Shown here: positions 50,666 through 62,373 of the stretch, in pieces
Layout of the letters: the number at the start of each line of letters is the position of its first letter
Position numbering within the stretch: the stretch's first letter is position 1
Source of the DNA: Takakia lepidozioides
Lineage: Eukaryota > Plantae > Bryophyta
Length of the DNA: 64,000 bases
Direction: 5' to 3'
NCBI GenBank assembly: GCA_030704615.1
Contig: CM060731.1
Span: forward strand, 87,916,001-87,980,000
Notes under the pieces: model-generated
The model's database searches: none
What the model was told of the DNA's origin: nothing
What the model saw: the letters and a program-made list of their open reading frames with translations, nothing else
Position numbers and translations under genes: made by a program

Positions 50666-53600
50666 TCACTCGTAAACCGGGGGCTCCTCGGCCTCGATCC
50701 CAACTTCCTCCCCCTGCTCCTTCTCGGATTTTTCCTCATCCTCCGAGGATGCCTCTTCCTCTTTCGGCAGACGTTCAGCCTGCAAGTTCCGAGTTGTGGA
50801 GGGCAGTATCTGGCTCGAAGGCGAACACATGCCTGTCGGACAACGTCCCTGCCCACATTGAAGCACCTGAGGAACAAAGCGGGCGGTTAATAGCTTGCGG
50901 CATGCAATTGCAATGGGGCCAGGGGACAAACTGAGCACGTGAAGGCTTACCCGTGCCGCATGTGAGGTCCAGAATCCGCCCTTGGACATCCGAGCACGTC
51001 TCCATGAGGGTTTGGATGAAAGCAGGGCTCCGGGTCCGGCTGTACCGCCACGGTTTGCCTGTCTTGTGTCCTTCGGCATACTAGAGTGGGGCACATAGTT
51101 GTAGAGGACATCGTAGGTTACAGGGTCCACAGCGGCATCAACAAGACGACCGTCGTTGCGGAATTTGAACGTAGACCCTCTCTTCACAAAAGCAATATGC
51201 CTCAAACACCAATGTCTGCACATCCAACAAAGAAGGGATCAATTCCAGGGTCTACTTAACATACACCACATGAAGTGAATGCAATAGATTGATAACTTAC
51301 ACTTTGGCCCTCTGTTCGCAACCCCTTAATGGAACCATTTTGAGGGTGACACTTTTCGGGTCCACCTTGCCACCGCATTCTCTGTGGTCTTCCCTCTCGT
51401 GGCAAGGACAACCACACATCCACCGTCATCCAGAAGCATCCCCGCCAGCCCAAACCCGGCTTTCCAGTAGTCCTCAGTAAACCTGTTCCAGGTGGGCACA
51501 CCATCCAGGCCCCAGCAGCTCCCCATCTGGAATGTCGAGGAGAATCATGTCGCAAGCTCTCTCCACCTCAACCCCCCCCCGAGTGCTCTTGCAATTCGTG
51601 CTCACAGCCGTGAAGAATTCCATCATGGCTTCAAAACCAGGGGTGTCTTTAGGCTCTGTACCGCAGCCCTCTTCTTGGCTTTCCCCTTCTGCTCCGCCAG
51701 AGACTTGTTGTGTGCCACCTTCTTCGCCCTGGCAGCGAGAGCGTCAAGGAAGCTCTCATTGACGCATTGGATGATGGTTGGAGGTTCTAGCTTTGGCCTG
51801 TGCGTAAACGTCACCGCCGAATACCGCCGTGTAGGCTCGCCCTCAAATGCCAACTTCTTGGCAGAGCCAGTCCCACTCCGAACTGACTTGGGAACCCGGA
51901 CGACCGGTGACTGGGTAGGAGCAACAGCAGTCGCAGGACCTTGAACAAAATCGGCGTCGGAGTCACTCTCTTGGGTCCCTTCCTGCGCCTCCTCCGATGC
52001 CCCGATGGTTTTCTTCTTTTTGGGTGTTACTGCAGTCACCTGTTTCCTTGTCCTTTTCCTTTGACCTTTACTCTTCTCATGCAATTTCTCCTGAATTCCT
52101 GCCTGAGCAAGCTCTGCCGCTTTCCTGGAGTTCGCAAGCGCTTTTGCCTCTTTTGCACCCAACGGAGGCAGCGGAGCCCGGTTTCGTCGGAATTCAGCAT
52201 CCAGCTTCAATTGAAACTCGGATGGGTCGAGCGAGCCGGGCGGAAGGTCCACATACCAAGGGCAAGAATGGTGGCTCGAAAGACAGATGACCTTTCTCCA
52301 AAAGCGAGAACTTACAGTACCTGCATTCATGAAAAACACAATGAGGTCCGAAAATGGCTAAGTCTCTGAACGGCAATAGGGCCTACAACTGGAATATGGC
52401 GCCGAATTTCCACTTCAGGGCCACCAGTCTAGGGACTTAGCCCGAAAATGGCTAAGTCCCTCGACGGCAATAGGGCCTAGAACTGGAAAACGGCGCCGAA
52501 TTTCCAGTTCCGGGCCAGCCAGTCTAGGGACTTAGCCCGAAAATGGCTAAGTCCCTGGACGGCAATAGGGCCTAGAACTGGAAAACGGCGCCGAATTTCC
52601 AGTTCCGGGCCAGCCACACTAGGGACTTAGGCCGAAAATGGCTAACTCCCTGAACGGCAATAGGGCCTAAAACTGGAATATGGCGCCGAATTTCCACTTC
52701 AGGGCCAGCCAGTCTAGGGACTTGGCCGAAAATGGCTAAGTCCCTGAACGGCAATAGGGCCTGGAACTGGAAAATGGCGCCGAATTTCCAGTTCCGGGCC
52801 AGCCAGTCTAGGGACTTAGCCATTTTCGGAGCCCTGACTGGAAATTCGGCGCCATTTTCCCTAACACCACTTGAGGCCTCTAACATCCTGCAATGCCAGG
52901 ACTTGAAAGAAAGGCAGCGCGTATGTACCTGTACAGAAGGCGCATTGCTGCTTTGTCCGCGTTCGGCTGGTCGGTGAACTCGGCTCCGGCGAGCATCTGC
53001 TATCTCCCGAAAGAATAGGTTGGTTTTGTAGAGCAGAAAGTACCTCGTCACATAGTCACGTAGGCTCTCTGCTGCAGGAGATATCTCCATCTTGAACTGA
53101 TGTGCTTGTGTGTCCAGCTGCTCTTGCGCATTCGTTGTCACTTGTGGAGATTGTCCATCATCGATCGCTTTCCTCAAAAAATACAATGAATCCACCCCCT
53201 ACTAGAGTACAAGCCCCAAACGAAGCGTGGGGAAGTACCTGAAACCACCATGTCATGCGGTTCATCCACATGTCGAATGTGGGGTCAGAGAGTTTGTCCG
53301 GTTTGGGGAAGCTCCACATGTCCCTGGTACTTTGGGAACCATTCCAGATTTGGAGCCACCGGGTCTGTCCAACCACCCAGCATATTCGTAAGCGCCAAAC
53401 ACCACAAAAAGGAGTTGTTGCCACCACAATTTGGTTAAGAATGTATCACCTTTTCTGTTGCATCCACACAGGATGTGGCTAGACGATGGAGCTTCTCCAA
53501 TGTCATCGTGGGCTTCAGAGCGCGAGAGTAGTGCTTCCCCACCTCCACCAGAAAGTCGGCACCAAGGGCGGGATCAGCTATGGCCACGTACTTTACCATC

Positions 53601-54375
53601 CGCGACTTGTACTTTATGCGGGCCCTCACCTCCGCAGCTTTGACATACGATTCGAGTTCCGGGAGGGTTGGATTCTTCTCCTCTGACTCCATGTAGAACC
53701 TCCGCGCATGTGCCAAATCCTGCTGTATTTTCGTCTGTCGAAAAGGCGCACATAAGATTAGAGATCCTGCTCAACACAATTTCTTCTATTGGGGGAGGAG
53801 AGACAAATTAGCTCAACAAAACTGTGAGGAGCTTTACCCGAAATATGTAGTCCACCATGGCGTCGACGCTCAGCCTATACCAGGTTCTGTCTGCCTTTGC
53901 CTCCGACTTGCGCAGGAGGTCGGCACTGAGGGATTGGCAAACTCTTGCACCCCCTGCTTCCCGACATCCTTCACTCGGAAGAGCATATGGGACAAGTTCG
54001 TGGCAATGAAGGCATTCTCAGTCACCTTGCAGTGCCACATTTCCATCAAACAATACTGAAATGGGAATTTTCATCATATATGAGGATTCGCAATGAAATG
54101 ACTTCCAAATTCAAAGTCCAAAAGCGAGAGGGGTTGTAGCTTACGAGTTGATGTCGGCCATTGCAGCTTTGAGAAGACTGCGATCTTTGGGCCCCGCAAC
54201 CTTCAGCACAACACAATCGACGGCGAAATGCCAATCGAGATCGTTGGGGTGGGCTTGGGCAATGTGCTCCATCCATGCCAGGAGGCGATGATTGCCGTCC
54301 CACACGTAGAACATCTTACCGGACATGTGCTGGAAAAGAGGATCACTAGCAATCGATCTCTCGAACTCCTCATTT
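50666..54375 (-). pseudogene. Cargo gene B: ParB/Srx-like domain plus beta-class DNA amino-methyltransferase fold (N6_N4_Mtase-like), multi-exon, 5'-truncated
   Basis: FYVWDGNHRLLAW (DGNHR at 54285-54299); motif IV-like CDMILLDIPDG (DIPD at 51525-51536) ..W..LLDDGGCVVVL; motif X/I/II-like RSPAFIQTLMETCSDVQGRILDLTCGTG^ASMWAGTLSDRHVFAFEPD across an 84-bp GT-AG intron (50867-50950). Confidence 0.75.
52345..52860. repeat. Intronic tandem array (~96-bp units) with GGCGCCGAATTTCC and GCTAAGTCCC/GGGACTTAGC motifs; last unit folds back
   Basis: CCGAAAATGG recurs at ~52348, 52442, 52537, 52633, 52726; inverted end at 52810-52860. Confidence 0.9.
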
Positions 54376-54411
54376 CGGCGCCGAATTTCCATCCTGCAGG
54401 TAATTCGAATC

Positions 54412-54781
54412 GGTGCCAAATGGATATTCGGCGCCGAATTTCCATTCGCCATGTATTTCTGAGCGTGGAATTACCTTCGTGCAGGTAATTCCCAGATGAG
54501 AATTACCTTTGTGCAGGTAATTTCCAGATGAGAATTACCTTCGTGCAGGTAATTTCCAGATGAGAATTACCTTCGTGCAGGTAATTGTGGACGAAGAATT
54601 CACATCGATTGGAATTACCTGGAGGAAGGTAATTCTCATCTGAAATTACCTGCACGAAGTAATTCTCATCTGGAAATTACCTGCACAAAGGTAATTCATC
54701 TGGGAATTACCTGCACGAAGGTAATTCACGCTCAGAAATACATGTCGAATGGAAATTCGGCGCGAATATCCATACGGCACC
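54412..54781. repeat. ~370-bp near-perfect hairpin built from 31-bp AATTACCTTCGTGCAGGTAATT units
   Basis: Arms CATGTATTTCTGAGCGTG / CACGCTCAGAAATACATG, four units per arm. Confidence 0.9.
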
Positions 54782-55585
54782 CATCCGACTTACCTGCTGG
54801 ATGGAAATTCGGCGCCGAATTTCCATTATGCGGGATTCGGCTTACGTGCTTGATGGAAATTCGGCGCCGAATTCCATTCATCCGGTATTCGAATTACCTG
54901 CAGGATGGAAATTCGGCGCCGAATCTCGCCACTTACCTGCTGGACGGAAATTCGGCGCCGAATCTCCATCATCCGGGATTCCACTACCTGCTGGATGGAA
55001 ATTCGGCGCCGAATCCATTTCCACTACCTGCTGGATGGAATTCGGCGCCGAATTTCCATCCATCCGGGATTCCACTTACCTGCAGGATGCAAATTCGGCG
55101 CCGTTTTCCCATCTGTGGAAGTTTTTATGTCGGCCAGTTTTCGGTCTGACCCCCGACAAGACTTCCTTTGGGGGGCCCGGATGGAAATTCGGCGCCGAAT
55201 CTCCGTCCAGGGATGTTCTCTGTCGCACACTCGCCGGCCTCTGCGCCCGAGGCGACTTCATCCGGGCGTCCCCTGTTCGATATTCGGTGCCGAATTTCCG
55301 TCCGGGGGTTGAAATGTGACGGCCAACTGCAGGCCACTCCCCCCTCCCCGACTGCATCCGAACCGCCCCGGATGGAAATTCGGCGCGTTTTTCCATCTGG
55401 GGATGTTTTTATGCCGTCCAGTTTTCGGCCTGACCCCCCGACACGACTCCTTTGGGGGGCCCGGATGGAAATTCGGCGCCGAATCTCCATCCAGGGGATG
55501 TTCTCTGTCGCACACACTCCGGCCTCTGCGCCCGAGGCGACTTCATCCGGGCTTCCTCTGTTGGATATTGGGTGCCGAATTTCCA
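54750..55585. repeat. Array of palindrome GGAAATTCGGCGCCGAATTTCC
   Basis: Starts at 54803, 54855, 54907, 54946, 54997 and onward; related motifs at 54374-54443 and 59625-59990. Confidence 0.92.
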
Positions 55586-55888
55586 TTCGGGGGTAGTAAT
55601 GTGACGGCACGGTGCCGGCTTCTCCCCTTCAGCCGTCATCATCCGGACGGCCCCCACTTTCTGACTGCATACCGTTGGCAGTTATTGCGCAAAGACCAGG
55701 GGCCGCATTCCGGAGACAAGGTTCATTAACACTCTGACTGTGGATTTTTGAGATAGTTGGCTCCCTGGATTTGGATCAGGCTTCGTCGCTCGGACAAATC
55801 GGCATCGCATTCATTCCCATCGCTGCACCCCCTTCTACCAGGGAGCTTCCCCGCACGCCATCCTGGCAGTCTTGTGTGCACATCTCCC

Positions 55889-58800
55889 ATGGCGGAAAAC
55901 CCGAGCGCTACAGTGTACTGCCCTCCTCACGAGCATAGAGCTTCATTTCCGTGCAGAGGGGACACCTGCCGGGTGATGGAGAAATATCTGTGCGTTCGAT
56001 ACCACCTGAAACCGGGGTCGGTTTTTTTGGAGGAGGAAAGGAAGGACTCAAACGGCCTTGTTGTCGAGAGTATTGTTGTGCTCCACGATGATTTCGGCGA
56101 TGGCAGGGAATGGCGAGTTCCACCATCGGACAGCGTCATATACAGGGCTGTTGGGGACTTCATTTGCCCGCCAAATGCACCGTCTATCCTGGCGCCTTCC
56201 ACGAAACAATCCGCGAATCAGAGAGTGGGTACCTCAAAGAGAGAAGTCCGCAACGAAGTAAATCCAGAGCCGAACCCATCCATGAAGACGACGAGAACCG
56301 GGTTGTTCACAACCTGTCCGACTCAGACGAGGTCATGGAAGTTCCGAGGTCGTCCTGGAGATCAGGCAAGTCCTCAATGGACGTCAGTGGAGGAGGGAGT
56401 CATATTCCCACGAGCACCGCAGTTCGATCTATTCTAGAAATTCTGCGAGGGCTTCACCTGGAGGGACACCGGTCGGAGCTGGCCGGGCTGGACTACAGCA
56501 AGTTCGCAATTAAATCGGTTACATGCCTTCCCGCCGACGTCGACGGTAATATCTTCTTTGAGTTCCCTCCTCGGGCGGACTACTCGAGGGCGTCCGGAAT
56601 GTTGACAGATATGGATAGAAAACATGACGGTCATCCTTGGTGCGTTACCAAAACCACCAGCATGAAGATGCTTGATGGTGTGCGGGTGCGCTACGTTGTT
56701 TGTGCGGGCGCGTTGCGTGTTTCTCCCCAACTTGCTTCCACTTTAAATCCAGAGGTCACAGGAACGAGACCGATTGGACAGGCACAGCTCACCAACCATT
56801 TCGAGCTCAGGAGAAGGTTCCGAACTCCACATTTAAGTGTGCGCATTGCAAAGAACCACCACACTGCATGTCTGTTTGTAATGCCAAGCAGTTCTATGTG
56901 TTGCACCGTTTCCCTGACCTCACCGAGCTTGCATACACGTTGGTTCCCATTGTCACAAATTGGCGAGGGGGAACTCGCGGGAGGCTGCCCACGAAGCAGA
57001 GCAGCTCGTTCAGGAGGAGGTTAAGTTGAGACCGGGTGCCAAACCCAAACAGATACAGCTCCAAGCCGCCCATAAGATGGCATTGGCCAGAATTATGTCG
57101 GAAGACGGCTCCGATAGAGTTCCTCTCGACGAGAAGGAAATGGAGGCATTGCTGGAGTCGGTGTCCCACGTATGTTCACCGAATGTCCGAAACCACATTG
57201 TCTCATGCAAACAGAAAATTGGGCGTGGCTCGGATATGCACTCCATTCTGGAGGTGAAGCGACGATGTGGATATGACTACATTCATGGAAGTAGGTTTCC
57301 AGGACAAGGGACTGAGGCAGATCGTTGTTTCGTATTCAAAATGTCCACGTGTGGACCTGGCATGGCGTCGAACTGGTCGACAGGATGACGAGTGGGAACT
57401 TGTCAAACAGTTGGGTCATGTTCGACCATATCAAGCGAATTACAAATCACCAGTGGGTGACAATGGGTGCACATGTCTACGACACCCACTGCAGGATGCT
57501 AATGACAATTGCTATTTGAGATGAAAGGAGAGGACACACAATCGGAGATGCTTCTTTGGCAGGGAATAAACGAACAGATGGCCAAGGCGGGATTGCCCCT
57601 CCCAATTTCCGTGGTTTCATGGCGGACAACGCACAAGCAAATTGGGCTGCCATCCGAAGGGTGTACGGGCAAGACCCCAATGTTCCCATGGAAGGCAAGG
57701 AGAGATCTTGTGGGTTCCATTTTCTGCAGAGCCTTTCGCAGTACACAACCAGGCTCGTGGCGCCAGATTTCAGAGAGGAGCACCGTTCCATGTGCCTTGC
57801 GTGGAAGCGCGCTCCCACCTTGGATGATGCAGAGACACAGTTTGCATGCATACGGGCTTGGTGGACATCGTCAGGTGCTGTAAGGAAATCAGACGAAGGA
57901 GCAATGGTCAGTTGGCTAGCATGGTGGCATTATCGTTTCCTCCAGTTCGGCGACTATATGCGGGAGGTGAGTTGCACGAATTCGCGTCCCGTTGGATATT
58001 ATTCTTGGCCATATTTGTAACTTGCTTGTAACCTCAACATGTGCTTGTGCAGGAAATGTGTCTCGACTCCGACACCGACATGCCCACGACAAACATGGCC
58101 GAATCAGTGCACTCTTCCTGGCGTGCCTCCTCTGCGGCGCATCTGGTGGACATCCTCACTGCCACACGGAGGACATTGTGAGGTCAATTATGCAGCAATG
58201 CAGGTACAACGAGTTCTTGAAAGGGAAACAGTGGGGCTTGGGGCCGGACAGGCAGGAAATGCTGATGCGGACTGCCTCCAGATCGAAGAATCCTCGGAAG
58301 TGGGCGGCGGCCTTGCGAGAGGGCCTTCGGGACACGCCATTGCTGCGAAGAGGCCAACATTTGGAAGGAGATGTTCATACCCGTCCAGTGAGACGAAGAC
58401 TTGACGAGGCACCTGGCGGAGAAGAGGATTCATGGCGAGCTGACAAGATATTCGCACGCTCCCTCGTGGTCCGGTGATGTTGTCCGAGGAGGTCTCGTCG
58501 AGCACCGGAAGTCCTGCACGTTCAAGATCGCCATCTCCTTTGAGCACAGGGCGCGTGCCCCGGCAACATAACGAGCCATCTGTAGTAAAGCAATACAACA
58601 TTCCCATTGTGGAGACAAGAGTGTCGGAGTCACAGTGGAGAATTGCGAGGACATTGCCGGCATTTCGAGGGAAGTGTTGCGCCATCCGGGTGGATACGAG
58701 AGCACGCTGTGGTGAGATGATTCGGAGGAACCCACACGGTGCTGTACCTGCACCTTGTTTCAGCGGCAGATTTTTGACTCCCACATTTGCTCACGCCACA

Positions 58801-59469
58801 ACGCAGACATTTTGGTTCTGTAGGCACGACATAATGACCTGTGTATTTGGCAAGCCCAAGTACGGGATTCAGGGAATGCCGGAGCCTCCGGGCGTCTGGC
58901 CTGTTGCACCGGGTTGCAGCCTCTCTCAGAATGAGGCGGATGCTCTATCTGCAGCAGGATTTCGAATGGTGCAACGCACAGACATCCCGGCCCACGCATT
59001 TCCGGTTCCTCAGACCCAGCCATTGCAGACTGCTCGGTCCAGTAGAGACGGATTGGACAATTCTGCACATCCCACAATGCGATTCGGAAGAGTGAAGAGA
59101 CGACACCCTCCCAACAAGTTGAATGAGACTCGGATTGCCAATGCTCTTGGGATGGCTTGCACTATTCAGAGCTCCGTGGACGTACCCCCACCCGGCCTTG
59201 GGCGTGTGTATCGGATGGCAACGGCCGGCTCGGCTGTACGCGACGATGTATACACAATTACGATTGGAGTGGAGCCGACTTGCAACTGTACGGACTTCTC
59301 GTTGATGGAAGCAAAGAAGGGTTCGAAGTATTATCCGTGCAAGCATCTGTATTACATTTACCTGAAGAGGTTGAGGATGAACGTGACTATTGATGACTTT
59401 ATTCATGCACCGGCGTTGAGCGTGAACGAGCTGCACAAACTCCTCCTTAGGGATTCCAGAAATCATTGA
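55889..59469 (+). pseudogene. MULE transposase B (GCM-like domain, DDE, SWIM), frameshifted, intron ~57968-58052
   Basis: Collinear with transposase A; MFDHIKR, MADNAQAN, CGFHF, TNMAESVH, CNCTDF..CKHLYY. Confidence 0.88.
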
Positions 59470-60227
59470 TGGGGCAAACGGAATCCTCCATATGGATATT
59501 TTCAAATGCATTTTGCTGTATCAGACTTTTTTTTGCAGTGTAATGAAATGCACCCCAAAACTCCTGGAATGAGGCAATATTCCATTCAAACTGAGATCCA
59601 ACAGAAGCAGTTGTGGGGCCATTTCTGGAAAAAGGCGCCGAATTTCTCTTTTTGGGGCCGAAAACTCGCTAAGTCCCAACATGCACTGGTACCTGTGTTT
59701 GGAAAATGGCGCGAATTTCTCTTTTGGGGCCGAAAACTGGCTAAGTCCCAACATGCACTGGTACCGTGTTGGAAAAATGGCGCCGAATTTCTCTTTTTTG
59801 GGCCGAAAACTGGCTAAGTCCGAACATGCACTGGAAAAATGGCGCCGAATTACCTGTCATGAGGGGACCTATAGCCGCGAATTCGGCACCATTTTTCGCC
59901 AGAGAGACCTATTGCCGCGAAATACGTCGCCGTTTTTTCAGGTTACGGACCCTATTACCGCGAAATTCGGGCCATTTGCACATGTCGCTGGGAATTGGCA
60001 TGAGCGGAAGACGAAATATCATGAGCACAACTGTCAAAAGTGCAATTTTCCCTTCAAGGGGCCGAATAATATATTTGTTTTTCTGACACATTGCATTAAA
60101 TTATTGTTTTTTATTGTTTTTTATTTTCGAAATTTGTACTTCTGCTCATGAAAACCGATTGTGTTACTACTCTGCTCATGCCGCTCATGCCGCTCATGCC
60201 GCTCATGCTCATGAAATAGCAAACCTC

Positions 60228-61420
60228 AGTTATGGAAAGGAGCAGAGAAAGAGAATTGCTATCAAGGCTATGGTAGGGAGCAGAATGTATAAGCTAGGAC
60301 CAGATGGAGTGCTGAAGCGATGCTTATACCACCATGAAGTTAATAAAGTTCTGGAGGAAGTTCATAAAGGAGTGGCAGGAGGTCATTTTGGAGAAGAGAC
60401 TACCAGTAGGAAGATACTACATGCAGGTTACTGGTGGCCTACTTTGTTCAAAGATGTACACAAGTATTGTCAGAGTTGTGATGAATGTCAGAGACTAGGA
60501 CCTTTGCAGAGATCTGGGAAGATGTCTTTGCATCCTACAATGCCTACGGAACCATTTCAGAAATAGGGACTAGACTTTGTTGGACCAATTAACCCACCAG
60601 CCAAGAATACACAGAACAGGTACATAATTACAGCCACTGATTATACTACGAAGTGGGTGGAAGCTAAAGCTTTGAGGGACAACACAGCCAAGTCCACAGC
60701 AAGGTTCCTGTATGAGAACATACTTACACGATTTGGCTGTCCCTTGGAATTTATCAGTGATCAGGGAAGTCACTTCATTAATGAGACCATTGAATTATTG
60801 ACTAAAGAGTTCATGATTGTGCATAGGAAGAGTACAACATATTACCCATAGGGTAATGGACAGGCAGAGGCTACCAACAAAATATTATGTACTATCTTGG
60901 CTAAGATAGTCAATGCAAACAGAACGGATTGGGATATAAAGCTGCTGACAGCTTTGTGGTCATACAGGACTTCATATAAAGTCACCACTAAGTATACACC
61001 ATTCCAATTAGTTTATGGTATGGAAGCTTTACTTCCAGTGGAATTCCTGTTACCTACCATGAGAACGGAATGGGGAAAAAGAATGGAATTGCAAGATTCA
61101 ATTAAGGTCAGGAAACATGAATTATACCATGTGGAAGAAGTACGTGCTGATGCAGCTGATAACATGACCAGAATTCAGATGAAGAGAAAGGAACAGTTTG
61201 ATGAAGGCAAGATAAAGACTTTTAAGACGGGAGATTTGGTTCTCTGGTTGCAGAAGAAGGGAAAGATTAAAGCTTCTAAGCTTAAATCACCATGGAAAGG
61301 ACCTTATGTCATACAAAAGATGTATGATAACAACACCGCTATGTTATAAATCATAACAAAGAGATGCTGGGAAGAGTCAATGCCAATAAGTTGAAGGGGT
61401 ACAATGGTATCCATGACAAA
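60228..61420 (+). pseudogene. Ty3/Gypsy integrase of the element whose gag ends at 41040
   Basis: VHKGVAGGHFG; YWWPTL..CQSCDECQ; GLDFVGP; ISDQGSHF; YYP*GNGQAE; WKGPY. Confidence 0.9.
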
Positions 61421-61544
61421 CCATTGCAGCATGATTTGCATGTTGAAACGCAAAAGCAGTCACGGGCTGCGCCAGTGATACCAACGGAGTATGGAGCACT
61501 TGTCGCTAGGCCGAGCATATATGACCAGGGCGGGCAGAACAAGC

Positions 61545-61875
61545 GCGACACAGCCTATCACAACCCATCATGGCGCGACACAGCCTATCCCAGCCCATCA
61601 CGGCGCGACACAGCCTATCACAGCCCATCAAGGCGCGACACAGCCTATCACAGCCCATCAAGGCGCGACACAGCCTATTACAGCCCATCACGGTGCAACA
61701 CAGCCTATCATAGCCCAGCACGGCGCCACACAGCCTATCACAGCCCAGCACGGCGCAATATAGCCTATCACAACCTACCACCGCGTGTCACAGCCTATCA
61801 CAGCTTACCACAGTGCAACACAGCCTATCACAGCGTACCACAGTATGACACAGCCTGTCACAGCTCAACACAGCC
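61545..61875 (+). repeat. ~30-bp tandem repeat (CGCGACACAGCCTATCACAGCCCATCACGG), about 11 copies
   Basis: Direct inspection; translates as RDTAYHSPSR repeats. Confidence 0.9.
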
Positions 61876-62373
61876 TACTAGGGTTACACAATCCATAGAA
61901 TCAGTGACAGGTGGATGCATGATAACTTCAAGGAAATGGCCGGCGGAAGAAAGGACGGAAGCCAGTTTAGAAAGGGACATGTGGAAGTCAGGGCGCGACA
62001 CACAGCTGAGAAGGAAGTGCAAGAACAGGTGTCATCAAGAAAGAGGACAATAATGGCCGTCAAAGTACCTACTTAGCACGTCAATTCGGATGAATGGCGG
62101 GTCCATTAATGAATACGGAAAAAGGGCAACGGAACAAACGGCAAGTACAGAAAAGCAAAATTCTTGTCACATGTGTTATCCTAGTGGACAGTCCAGCAGG
62201 GAAAGTCCACTAAAGAAAATTAAATCTAAAATCCAGTCACAGCGGTTACAGCCAATCAAAAGCCAGAAAAAAGATCAAGAAATTGGAGGGAATTTAAGCG
62301 CAAGAGTCGGCGTCGTTCTAAGTAACGGGCGTCTCGACGGGACAAACCATCAATGCTATAGCTTTGAAGCTCT

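Larger units (their letters stand above)
49861..60227 (+). mobile_element. MULE element B (10.4 kb, both TIRs, no TSD)
   Basis: Left TIR GGGGGCTGCTATTTCATGAGC and right TIR GCTCATGAAATAGCAAACCTC, each with CATGAGCGG subterminal repeats. Confidence 0.88.

Noticed and set aside
47817-54375. Bacterial contamination explaining the ParB and MTase motifs
   Set aside because: The genes have GT-AG introns, some at matching positions in A and B, and lie within eukaryotic TIR elements.
61364-62053. 229-aa ORF with RDTAYHSPS repeats
   Set aside because: Read-through of a 30-bp tandem repeat after the frameshifted integrase end.
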